64,000 nt of DNA, taken from the NCBI GenBank assembly GCA_030704615.1, contig CM060734.1, positions 45,694,001 to 45,758,000 of the forward strand, in the 5' to 3' direction. A program made the position numbers and the translations under genes. Each line of letters begins with the position of its first letter. Within the stretch, counting starts at the first letter, position 1. The stretch comes from Takakia lepidozioides (taxonomy: Eukaryota; Plantae; Bryophyta). The notes below the pieces were generated by a model that was not told the DNA's origin, did no database searches, and was given only the letters and a program-made list of their open reading frames with translations. Positions 27,121 to 38,426 of this stretch are shown piece after piece.

Positions 27121-27562
27121 TATTTCTTGTAAGCAGCAGATATTTTCACAAAGCCACTAGAGCAGATCAAGTTTGAGAAATTTAGGAGTGAGCTTAACAT
27201 GTGCAGTCTAGCATAAGCAAAAGGAGATGCCAAGAGCTCTTCGTGTTCTCAACATCTTGAAGGAATTACCTAGGACGTGAGGATTGAGAGGGGGGGTGTT
27301 AAATCACCTGTGTAGTTACCAAGCTTATAATCTTAGTTATGGTCCTCAAGAGTTAGCGCTATAGTTGTGCATGTAGATATGTATGTAGTTATGTCACCGT
27401 CGTGGTTGTGGTAGGTAGATAGGTCCCTTGGCAGCTGATAGTTATTTACTCCATCATTGAATTAAGTTAGGTACTTAGCCTAGTTAAATACCTTGTGTGT
27501 GCACTCTATTGAATTCATTAGAGCATATGGTCTTGAGTTGTTTGTAGTATATCAATTCTTCG
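27121..27562 (+). mobile_element. Copia element 2: inverted 3' end (RNase H tail, PPT, 3' LTR 27297-27562)
   Basis: ADIFTKPLEQIKFEKFRSELNM, PPT gagaggggggg, then TGTTAA... LTR homologous to rc of 30995-31065 + 37901-38084. Confidence 0.85.
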
Positions 27563-27744
27563 CCATTCACATGGCTGCCACTAGCAAGTGCCATGACAGC
27601 TACAACCCTCCTCATATTTCTTTGTAGGCCCATATGCAATGGAGTGACAATGTATCTATAATCAAGTTTTAGCTAGAGATCTTATTATAGACGTGGTACT
27701 CACTCTAGTAATGGACCTCAGTGCTTTCAGGAAGAGAATACCGT

Positions 27745-30700
27745 TGAATGAGGTCGATTTCTTTGCTTTCCATTTTGTCACGAACAAAATGATGATGCAC
27801 TTCAATAGGCTTTGTCCGAGCATAGGATATAGGATTTTTAGCGATCTTAGCGCCGCTCTTCATTTGTCTCAAAAAAGTGCAGTTGGATATTCACAAAAAA
27901 TTCCAACTTCTTATGAAAGTCTCCTCAACCGCATGGCTTCCTTTGCAGCTTCCGTAAGTGCCATATATTCTGCTTTTGTGGATGACAATGTGACTGTAGA
28001 TTGTTTCTTATAGCACCAAGTTACGGCACTTGCTACTATATCCAATTCGAAAGATGTAACCACTTGTAGAGTGTCCCTGATTGTGATCAGTACCGGCCCA
28101 GTCGGCATCTGAAAACCCGTTTAACTCGTTGTTTGAGCCCCTACAGTACAGAATTCCGAAGTCAAGTGTGCCTCGGATGTAGTGAAGAATATGCTTAACA
28201 GCATCAAGGTGAGGCTCCTCGGGCTCCGCCGTGAATCTACTCACAGTCCCAACCGAGAAGACAAGATCAGGCCTTGACGTATTACAATAGTAAATGAGTT
28301 TACCGACCATCCTTCGGTATAGTGTCAAGTCTGCCTTGGGTGCATCTATGTTAGTCAGCAGGCGAAGGCCTTCGATCATGGGCACGCTGTGTGGGTTGCA
28401 ATATTCCCACATTCCAAACTCTTGTAGCATTGACACAACGTATCGATACTGGCATATAAAGATACTTGTAGGAATATGAGATAATTTTGCAGCTAAGTAC
28501 TTGAAGGAGGCTAGATCCAAGTCAATCATCTCGTATAAATGTTAAGGAGTTGTCTGCGAAGCCAAGCGATCTTCTCTTTGTTACTATCTGTGATCAGCAA
28601 ATCATCAACATAAAGCATTGAAAGTACAATTTTACAATTTTATCTTCATGAATTAGATAGTACAAGTTGTAATTTGCATTGCTCTTTAAGCATTCCTTGA
28701 GTCCTTATGAAGTAGGCATCAAGATTCAATATTGGCATACCTGCAAGCTTGTGGAGTTGGCTTTAGCGCAGAAAACGCCTTGCAAACAAACCCATCCCTC
28801 ACAACCGGGAACAACAAAGCCCTCGGGCTGCTCCATATACACCTCCTCTCGAAGAAGGTAATTCAAGAAGGTCGTCTTCACATCTAGGAATATGATAGGC
28901 CGTCCTTCGTAAGCAGCCAGAGTGATCATGAACTGAATTGTCTCCCATTTGACAACCGGAGCGAACGGCCTCAAAATCTAGTCCTTTAGTCTATTCAAAT
29001 CCACGCGCCACCAGACGCGCCTTAAGCTTGTTGATCACTGCACCATCTGCCTGCTTCTTCACTTTATATACCCATTTGGCAGTTATAGGACGTTTGTCGG
29101 GAGACAATATAACTAACTACAAGTTGTTTAGAAGGTAGGCAACACAATTGATGCTTCACTCCACAAATACTTGGGGAGTGAGTGAACTCCAACAGTAAAC
29201 TCCTTGTATGCTCCATCAGAGTTCAATTCTTCCTCTCAGAGATGCCCATTGTTGTGGTGTGTGTGGATTAGTAAGTTGCATCTGGATTCCTTTAGCATTG
29301 CAGAAGTTGATGAATTGCCGAGACAAAAATTCTCCACCACGATCTGTACGCAATCAATTGATAGTTTTCCCTGTGGCTTTCTCTACTATAACTTTAAAGT
29401 TCTTGAAGCAAGAAAAATCTTCACTTTTCTGCTTGAGAAGGTACGTCACTCAATAAATCTACTGTAGTCAACTGTTATACCCTTAAAGTACTTGAGGCCA
29501 GATAAATTAGAAGGTGTTGGAAGGAGTCCACGTAGATCTACATGCACTAGTTCTAGTATCTGTTTTGCTTTGTGTTCACTAGAACGAAGAAATATTTCCC
29601 TTTGTTGTTTTCTTAGTATGCATGATGGAGCCTTATAAACTTCTGAAAGAAGATGGAGTCGGGGCATTCCTAGAACCTTTCCATTGTTACTGAGAATATG
29701 AAGACTATGGTGGTTTAAGTGATCGAGCCTTCTGTGCCATAGCCTACCTGACTCTTCGACCTCGATAATGTTCAACTCAAGGAGAGACTTATCATCAAAT
29801 GTCAATTCATACAATCCATAGGGTATCCGTTTTCCGTGCAAGATCAATATGTGAGGTCTCTCTTTTTCCACAGACGTACTCAAACACTTTATATGGTCAA
29901 ATATACCAATATGGTGATCCTTATCAGTTACTGCACTAACAGAAAGTAGATTACGCGTAATGCCTTTAGGGACGTAAAGAACATCGGTTATGCACGATTG
30001 ATTGATCCATTTTGCAGTATAGTATGACCCTTCCCCTTCACAGAGTGATGAGAGCCTTTAGCAGATCAGACACTAGTAGGACTACCCCCTCGGGGCTCCA
30101 TATAATGGAGAATCTCTAGGTTGCTCGTTACATGCTTATTTGCGCCGGAATCAACGATGCAAGAGGTTGGTTTAATCTTCTTTGGCAAGACTCATTGATG
30201 AATGTTGAGGGCAACCAATGCTACCTCAAGCATCTTAGCTGCTTCACCGTCGTTCGGCTCTCCTCATGTAACAACTTCATGATCAGCTCCAGAAGACTGG
30301 GGAGCTCCCTCTGCACAATAATTGCATCGTTGTAGGCAGTGTATGATTTTGGCAGCGCATCTATTAAGATATATTCCACGATAGTATCTTCCTCGATTTC
30401 ACCAAAGCTGGCCAACCAGGCTACCAGATTGGTAATCTCCTCAAGAAAGTCTTCCTTGGAGGCTCCTCCTCCATTCTGATGCCTTGAAGCTTGTTTCTCA
30501 CTGACATCTTCATAGCAGAAGATCTGTCATCATACATCTTGGCCAAGGCATCCTAGACTTCCTTAGGGTCTTTGAGATATGAGATGTAATGTCCAGAAGC
30601 CCTCCAGAAGAGAGACATTGATAATGGTGTAAGCATGTTTCCTCCTAAACTCATCCTTGTTCTGATCTTCACCTAAGATCACCACCTTTATCTCAACACA

Positions 30701-30994
30701 TTTAAGGATATCCAATCATAGAAGATGATTTCTAACTATAAACTTCCACACCTCATAGTTTTTTTCCCCGCAAGCTTATATTCTCGAGAAATGGAAAAAT
30801 TGATACCCCCGTTGGCCATCTAGACAAAGAGAGATGCAAAACACACAATGTCTGGAGCAATGTTCACAGAGATTACAATCTTGGTGGATCAATATTGCTA
30901 CACACCGGAGATGGAGGTACTTCCTAGCTGCGACGGCCTCAAAGCTATGAGAGAAACATACTATAATTCACTGGCCTATCTTGCTTTGATACCA
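27745..30994 (-). mobile_element. Copia element 2 internal region (gag, protease, GAG-pre-integrase, integrase, RT, RNase H), degenerate
   Basis: PBS rc tggtatcaaagc at 30983-30994. ALPKSY (gag), LWHRRLDHLN and LELVHVDL.G (integrase), AKWVYKVK..KLKARLVARGF, LDVKTTFLN..EEVYMEQPEGF, LYVDD, YRRMVGKL, GFSDADWAG, KQSTVTLSSTKAEY. Stops, frameshifts and a deletion at ~29125. Confidence 0.95.
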
Positions 30995-31559
30995 TGAAGG
31001 ATTGCTGTACTACAAATAGCTCAGGACCATAGCCTCTAATGAATTCAACATAGTAAATACACAAGCACTAGAAGAAAAACGTGGAATAACCACTAGCCCT
31101 TTAACCACTACTGTCTTTTTCCACTCTATAAACCACTAGTAACCATTTGCCAGTGGTTAATCCCAATGAAATGCCACGGTGGCATCACAGACAGTGGTTG
31201 GAAGTGGTTTCAACCACTCAGTAGTCCACGTATAATAAATTGTTTTTATTTATTATTATTTATTTGGTAATACATTTTAATTAATAAATATAATATTCCA
31301 CGTGGACGAGTGCAGTGGTACATTGTGAGTGGTTATAGACACCTCAGTGATGGGAAGTGGTTGAAACCACTTGCTACTCCACGTGTAATAATTCAAATTT
31401 TATTTGTGATTTATGATTTGGAAATATGTATTAATTCATAAATATAATATTCCTCTTGGACGGGGACAGTGCTGCACGTTGATCTTGAGTGGTTAAAGAC
31501 ACCTCATTGATTTGTACCACTTTGATAGTGGTGGAGAGTGGGTACTTGCAATGCGTATG

Positions 31560-33092
31560 TTCACATAGCCGTGTCACTGTTAACGGACAGAAGTCCAACT
31601 TCTTTGACATAGACCAAGGTGTAGCTCAAGGATGTACTCTCTCCCCTCTGCTCTTCAATGTTTTCATCAATCAACTCCTCGAGGATGTGGAAAGTGAGGG
31701 ATTTAGGGTTAACGGTGGGTGACCAGCCCTTATGTTTGCGGATGACTTCGTAGGCATAGGAGAGACTCCAACCAATCTCCAGGAGTTGATTGATTGCGCG
31801 AAGAGATACTTTGATCTTTGGGGGCTAGAGGCTAATGTCAGCAAATGTGCAGTGGTGGCATTCAACGACAGAGGAGAGGGAGGAAGTGATCTTAAGTGGC
31901 AGTGGGGTACCCAAGAGATCCCGGTCCACCCTGAACCCTACACTTACCTGGGCGTTCAGTCTTCCTCCAATTGTAATTGGGATGCACATATCTGGAAAGT
32001 TGTTCAAACTGGCAAGGGCAAAGGTCTGGGGCTCACTAAGTTTTTCCACTGCAGAGGGGTCAACTCTGAGGTTTAGAAAACCATGTTTTGTCGCGTTATT
32101 AGACCTGCATGGAAGTACAAATCTGCTATATGGGTTGATAACTCCAACCAGGCTAAGTCTCTAGAATCCATTCAAGTGGGGGTGCTTAAGGAGTGTATGT
32201 CAGCATGCTCCAAAACAGCCAATGTGGCTGTTCGGGGTGAGTTTGGCATTCCGTCCTTGAGCTCCTGACGAGATGAATTCAAGGTCAGATGGTGGGGTCA
32301 GTTGCAACATATGCCCAACACCAGATATCCTAAGTTAATCGACTCTATATCTTGGAAACAGGACCGCTCTGTCAAACAGGCTAAGTCATGGTAGAAGAGA
32401 GTAGAAGAGATTCTGAAGGACCTGGACCTGGATCCCGAAGTCTTGACCCTGCTGGATAAATCTGACTTAGAGGCTGTAGTGTCCAAAGCCATGTCTGTTG
32501 CCATGAGATTGTCTGATGAAAATGAAGTTAGGCAGAAAACTTCCCTGAACTTGTTTCCAGTCAGTGACATGGGGGACGACATCTTGGATGATCTCAAGGG
32601 TCTACCCACTCTCGGCACTAGACTGAAATTTAAACTCAGGGCAGGAAGCCTACCTTTGAACAGCTAACAGAAGCACAGAGGAAAGGGAGAGTGCAATTGT
32701 CCGTTGTGTGGGCAATCTGAAGACAATATTCATTTTCTGATACACTGTCCAGGGTTCTCTCACCAAAGAGACGCTCTCTTCAATTCTATCAAGGGAATTG
32801 TGCCTGTACCCCTGTTTACCAACTTTGAAAGTCTCGAGGTTGAGCCAAAAGTCCAGGCCCTCCTGAGGCCTAGTTTTTGGGCAAATCATACACAACAGAT
32901 TGATGCTTGTGTGAAGGGATTTCTAGAGGATATCTGGAAAACCCGGATTAATTCTTTATATGAAGGTAAGTCTTACTACCAACATCAGCCCTTGACAGAG
33001 GTAGGTTCTGTTCTTTTTTGTTCCCGCTCAAACTGGGCGCGGGGTCAATGGCCACAAGGCTACGACAAACAACGTCTTATGAGTACAATCTC
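31560..33092 (+). mobile_element. RTE-X-like LINE family A, 5'-truncated (RT 3' half and C-terminal Cys/His finger), nested in CACTA
   Basis: QGVAQGCTLSPLLFNVFI...MFADD...WGLEANVSKC...YTYLGV, A.RGEFG, GTRLKFKLRAG, CPLCGQSEDNIHFLIHCP, C-terminus GRGVNGHKAT. Several in-frame stops. Confidence 0.92.
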
Positions 33093-33879
33093 ACCCTTAG
33101 TTCCTCTCAGATTGTGGAAGCAATTGAGCATTTTCATGATGTGTAGGGTTTAGGGTAGGGTTTTGTATAAAGCAGAGGTAGAGGCAGAACCGAGCAAGGT
33201 TTAGGGTAAATCTAAGTGAGTAAGAGGCTGGGGTGTATGGCGGAGGAATGATCTTTGGAGTGATGAACTCATGGAGAAGGGAGTGTGTGGGGCTGGACTG
33301 AGAGTGAGGGAGAGGCTGGAGAATGGCTCATGAAATGTATATGCTTACAGTGACTCAGATGGTGATTGGTTTATATAACCAAGCCTATTACTACTATGAT
33401 TGGCTTGTGAACTTAAGGCATGAGTGGTTGATTGTTTCATTTCGAACCTGATATGCTTTGAGCCTGGTTCCGGAGATTTATCTCCAGACCTGCAATCAAC
33501 TTTTGTGATGAGTTTACAATCTGCATATATGGTGGTAAATGTTATATATCAAACCTTGGTTCTTTCCTAAATGTGAATGACCTGGAAACTTTGTTAGAAA
33601 GATGAATGGCTTACGAGTTGGACTATGTATGGCTTGACTGTTGGATTAAATTTCAAAGGGTTAGAACATGTGTTAGGGTTTTAATACTGAATGGATGTGG
33701 GACATTGCTAGAGCGCCAAAGAATGACATTCCATGCATTCACGCCATTGGATGCCAAACTTTTCTTGGCATGTTGGACCAAGGTTTGTATGCGTTCACGA
33801 ACTGCCGACCTTGCTCGTTGCCCGGTTGGCCTTATTTTCCATCATTGCTAACTTTGTGGGGGTGGAGGGGCTTGTGTTA

Positions 33880-36821
33880 GGCTGCATCAAAGCGCGCAAA
33901 GGAAGGGGGGACTGAGGCTGTGGCGAATGCTACTGGTCCACCTACGACATGGGTGCAACAAGGCCCGAATGGCCCATGGGTGCAATCCAGAGGTGGGCAA
34001 ACGTGGCTGCAGCAAGGAGCACCTACTTGGCAGCAGCCCATGGCCCCTCCACAGACGACGAACACGTGGTCATGGATTCCACGTGGGTCCAATGGAGGAC
34101 CCCAAGGAGCTTGGGTACAAGGAGGTGCCCAAACTTGGGGCCCTCCATGCAACGCCGTTGGTGGGCAGTGGGCAGGCCCCCCTTTTAATGGTGCTGCTCC
34201 TCCATTCACCCCCCCTGCTAGTGATGATCAAGGATGTGGCGTCGCAAGCTGCAAACAAAAAAAAAGCAAAAAATGCTGGCTGCAAAGGAACATGAAACTG
34301 ATGCAAAAGCCCGCAAATCTGTCGGGCTGAAGCCGCACAAGGTACAACTAAACTCTAAGGGGGAAGTAGACCAGGGGTGTGAGGGGAAGGATTACTGGCA
34401 GAGCTCCTTGCGGGGACTCTGCATCAAATATCTTGATCCTAGCATTTTGCTAGCAGACAAGCAAGAACCCAGTAACATGGCCAAGGTTAAGGAATCCATG
34501 GACACAGATTTTGAGTACTATCCTAAACTTATGAGCATTGACAAGTTTCAAAAAGCATGTGGGAGGATTATAAAAGTACACTGCCAAAAGTTAAAGCTGG
34601 TGTGGTTGGCTGGAGGTCCATGCCCTCCGAGTGTAGAGTCCTGCCATTGGGATGCATTGGTGAAGTACTGGGATTCCCCCAAGGGCAAGAAAGAGAGTGA
34701 GAACATGAAGAGAGCACGATCCAATGTTACCAACCCATCGAGGGTTGGAAGAGCAGGGTTGGCTGGACAGGCCCGACGCTTGGTAATATGAATATCTGCA
34801 CCACATTTTAGTATATGTATACATCTATATGTATGTACATATATACACATGTATGTGATGGAGTAGGATACCATCTCTGCCCTGTGAGGTAGTTGCAAAC
34901 TGTCACTACAGTCATGCCTCTGTAAACGCCCCACTGGTTTGGATGAATAGGGGCTAATTTTTTTTTTGTTGTGGCCCTGGCAGAAGAAAGAGAGAGCACG
35001 AAGTCCACGCATCACTGAGCTGGCACACGCATCGAAGGCGGACAAGAGTTTAGGCTCCCAGTCAATTGGAGGTGCACAGGTAAATGGCGTGTGTGTATTT
35101 TTTTTTTGTTGCATTCATTTTGCTGGAGCAGTAGCCAAGCCATGCGGGCTGATTATGTGTCTTTCTTTGGCTGTATAGGGAGGGGGTAGTGCGATGCAGT
35201 CTCGACTGTCGTCCCTTGAGGGCAGTGTGCTTGCCTTGGCAGACGTTCAGATCCCGACGATTGAGGGCGAATTGGCCACTATAAAAGCAGAAGTTGCTAA
35301 GGCTTCTGCGGACAATAACAAAAAATTGGATGCATTGATGGCAATGATGTTGGGAATGTCAGCAACCGCCCCTCCTCCAACTACTATCCCAATATGTACT
35401 GTTATTGAACCTTGCGATTCCGACGCAGGCTTGGGAGACAAGACTGCTACGGAGAAGGTGGTTTGTGCACCTTCATCCCAACTTATTTTTGTGATTGTCA
35501 TCCATTCAGTGTTAGTTGACTTTGAAGTTGACTGCTTTGGTATGTTTTGCTTGGGTGCATGGAGAACCTCTTGAGGTTGGGGAAAAGCCAAAGTCGTCTG
35601 CCATTGAGGACCTTGTGGTGACCCAAGTAAAATTGGGGCGCAAGGGAATTCCTCATAAATTGCCATGTAAGAAGGGAGGTGGAGCTGGCGGGACAACAAT
35701 ATTGGCTGCTAGTGAGGACGTCTGCTCCACCGAAGAGTGCTGGTAAGGGTGACAGTAGGGGGTTGGCAGATCAGCATGTGAAGCCAACTTCCCCACAGAA
35801 AGAGGTACGCCCTCAAAGACTTTGTCTTGGTTCCTGTCCTTGGGCTTTCTGTTTTTGACTCTGAAAACATTTCATGAATGATCTATTTATTGGTGTGTGC
35901 CATGAATTCTATGCATAAGGTATGGTAAGACGTACTCATGTACTATACCTTGTTGTTTTGTTGGCATGTAGAAGGGGACTAAAGTAGAGGACCCTGCCCC
36001 AGCCATCGTGAAGGGAGCTGAGAAGAAGTACATGCGAAAAAGAGAGCGTGTAACCAGAGCCACTGCTGCCAAAGGCACAAAGTCCTTGACTGATGCAAAT
36101 GGTGACATAACACCAAGTTCTAGCGGAGTAAGAGTCAGGTGGGCCTTCAGGATGCACCTCTAAATGCAGCAGTTTCCGTACTAGAGGTGAGCATGCATGC
36201 ACCTGTTGGCTATCAGTTCTGTATAATGTGGCCATTTACATGTTGGGTACTTCAAACTATTAGTAGATGCATTGCTAAATGAAACTGCTAAGGGGTGTTG
36301 GGCGTGATGTTTGCAAGCTGAGAAAGCCGCTGTTGATACTGCCACTGACAATGCACCAACTGCGGCGCCTTCAAAGGCAACCCCCAAATATCAACCCCCT
36401 GCCACAGTGTCAGATATTCTTATACTACCAAAAGTACTCTACACTTTCAGTGATTGCTTATATTGGGCGGTCCTCATTATCTAGTTTTCAATGTATATGT
36501 ATGTCTTCATGGGTTGATTAATGTGGGTTTTATGGTGGGTGCTGTGTGCAGTTTAGGTTGAAGGACAAAATCAGCCTGTATGATCCTCCTTTACCACGAC
36601 ACAAGGCTGCCAGTGGAATTGTCACTAGTGTGCCTGGCAAAGATACATATCACTGCCGTGTTATACCTGAGGGATTGTGGCGGGTTGAGGTGAATGATAT
36701 CTATATTGCCAATTGTGTCTTGCCTCACCCTAACGAGGAAGAGGTCCCACCACAAACAATGTTGGAGGATGTCGTTGGTCTGAATTGTCTTTGGCTAGAG
36801 AAGAACATGAAAAGGGCTTAG
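33880..36821 (+). CDS. CACTA TnpA/Ptta-like spliced gene (probably frameshifted near 34230-34265)
   Basis: WDALVKYWDSPKGKKESENMKRARSNV (Ptta/En-Spm-like), coiled-coil exon 35179-35457, terminal exon ASGIV....YHCRVIPEGLWRVEV...LPHPN...LEDVVG...LW (Tnp1/En-Spm C-terminal type). GT-AG sites at 34783, 34983, 35079, 35178, 36551. Middle exons not fully resolved. Confidence 0.7.
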
Positions 36822-38426
36822 ATTTCGTTCGCCCGGGCATAGACATTTGCTGGTAGTGAGAAGAAGGCATGAAAGCAGATCAGTGTTCCTAACATGCATG
36901 CGGAGACGCCGTGTACAAGTTAGGCTTAGTGCTTTTATCATGGCTGGATTTTGTTGACAGTGTTCCAGCACTTAACTCTTTGGGATTCTATTCTATTTTG
37001 TGGAGCTTGAATCCCCAATGGTACTTTTTTAAACACTACACTAGTGGTATGTGTTCCTCTAGTCATGTTCATAATCACTTGCACATCACTATAATAGTGG
37101 TATAATTTAAAACTGTGGGAGTAGCCAAATGCACACAATTGCCTCCATTACCATTTGTATAGTGGTATAAGTAGTCACATATATATTACTGTACTAGTGG
37201 TATGAATTCCTCCAGTGGTATTCCTAATCACTTACACACCACTCTGTTAGTAATGACTCCAATCCATAGTTCCCACTCAGAGAGACACCATGAATGACTC
37301 AAATAGCTTACACACCACTCTGTGGGTAATCATTCCAATGACCTGCTGAGAGACGTCATCCACTCACATAACCACTCTGTGAGTGATATTGTATATTCTC
37401 AGTTTTCATAGAATGACTCTATGAGTCATTTTGTGGTCACTCAATAAGTGGTTTCGGAAGTCATTGAATTTTTCACTCCATCCATTTCGTAGCACTGACA
37501 CACGACACGTGTCCATGCTGAGAGTGTCGCCACGTGTCGACATAATCTCCAATATCATCCACGGACCACTGGCTTACACGTCTCCACTACAAAACGGAAG
37601 TGGTTACTTTACCACTATGACACGTCAGTTTACCACTGTGACATGTCATAAGTGGTTGGTTTACCTCAGTGACATGTCACAGTGGTTAATTTACCACTAT
37701 GACACGTCAGCTAACAGGTGGACCCGGACGTGAGTAGTTCGAACCACTGTCCTTAACCACCGGTGCCACGTAATGTCTTTTACCACTCACTTGTGCTAAT
37801 GCACTGGTTCTTCATCACTCTGGGCCAGAGTGGTTTAGTGTCTTTTACCACTCAAAATGAGTGGTTAACAGAGTGGTTATTCCGCGTTTTTCTTCTAGTG
37901 AAGGTATTTAACTAGGCAAGTACCTAATTTAATTCAATGATGGAATAAATAAGTCAGCTGCCAGTGGCCCTATTTACCTACTACAACAGTGATATAACTG
38001 CATACAAGATATTTACCTGGATAACTATAACGCTTGCTGACTATAACTAAGATTAGAAACTTGATAAATACACATGAGTTAACAAATGCCCGTCGTTGCA
38101 AATATCCACCCAAGAGTTTAATCCAAGGATCCAAGCTCAAAGTGTGAGCGGTGACATTAGATAGAAGTGGTTGTTATTCTTACAGAGTGTGCTGGGTATT
38201 GTGTTGAATTGTCATGTTGATCAGCATGCAAAAAGTGGCTGCAAAAAGTGAGTAATAGTACGTGACGCAACCCTCAAATATATTGCAACACTGAGTGTCA
38301 CTTAGGTGATACCAGGTTCAAATCTTGCTACCCATTCTCATTTGCAACACGGAGTGTCACCCTTCAATTTATTGGTCGTTTGTAAAAATGAAAATAACAA
38401 CAAATAACGCATTGTTTTATTTAGCA

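Larger units (their letters stand above)
31066..37900 (+). mobile_element. CACTA (En/Spm) DNA transposon, complete ends, non-autonomous
   Basis: TIRs CACTAGAAGAAAAACG(T/C)GGAATAACCACT at both ends, 3-bp TSD AAG (31063-65 / 37901-03), dense subterminal accact/agtggt repeats. Confidence 0.97.
30995..38084 (-). repeat. Copia element 2 5' LTR, split by the CACTA insertion (pieces 30995-31065 and 37901-38084)
   Basis: Removing 31066-37903 restores a TG...CA LTR adjacent to the PBS and colinear with 27297-27562. Confidence 0.9.

Noticed and set aside
33030-33090. Conserved family A 3' motif as a possible ribozyme or ncRNA
   Set aside because: Explained largely as the coding C-terminus (GRGVNGHKATA) plus a short 3' UTR; no ribozyme fold established.
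33142-33210. Interstitial telomere
   Set aside because: Only scattered tagggttt units, internal to the CACTA element.
37570-37720. Regularly spaced short repeats resembling a CRISPR array
   Set aside because: Eukaryotic context, no unique spacers or cas genes; these are CACTA subterminal repeats.
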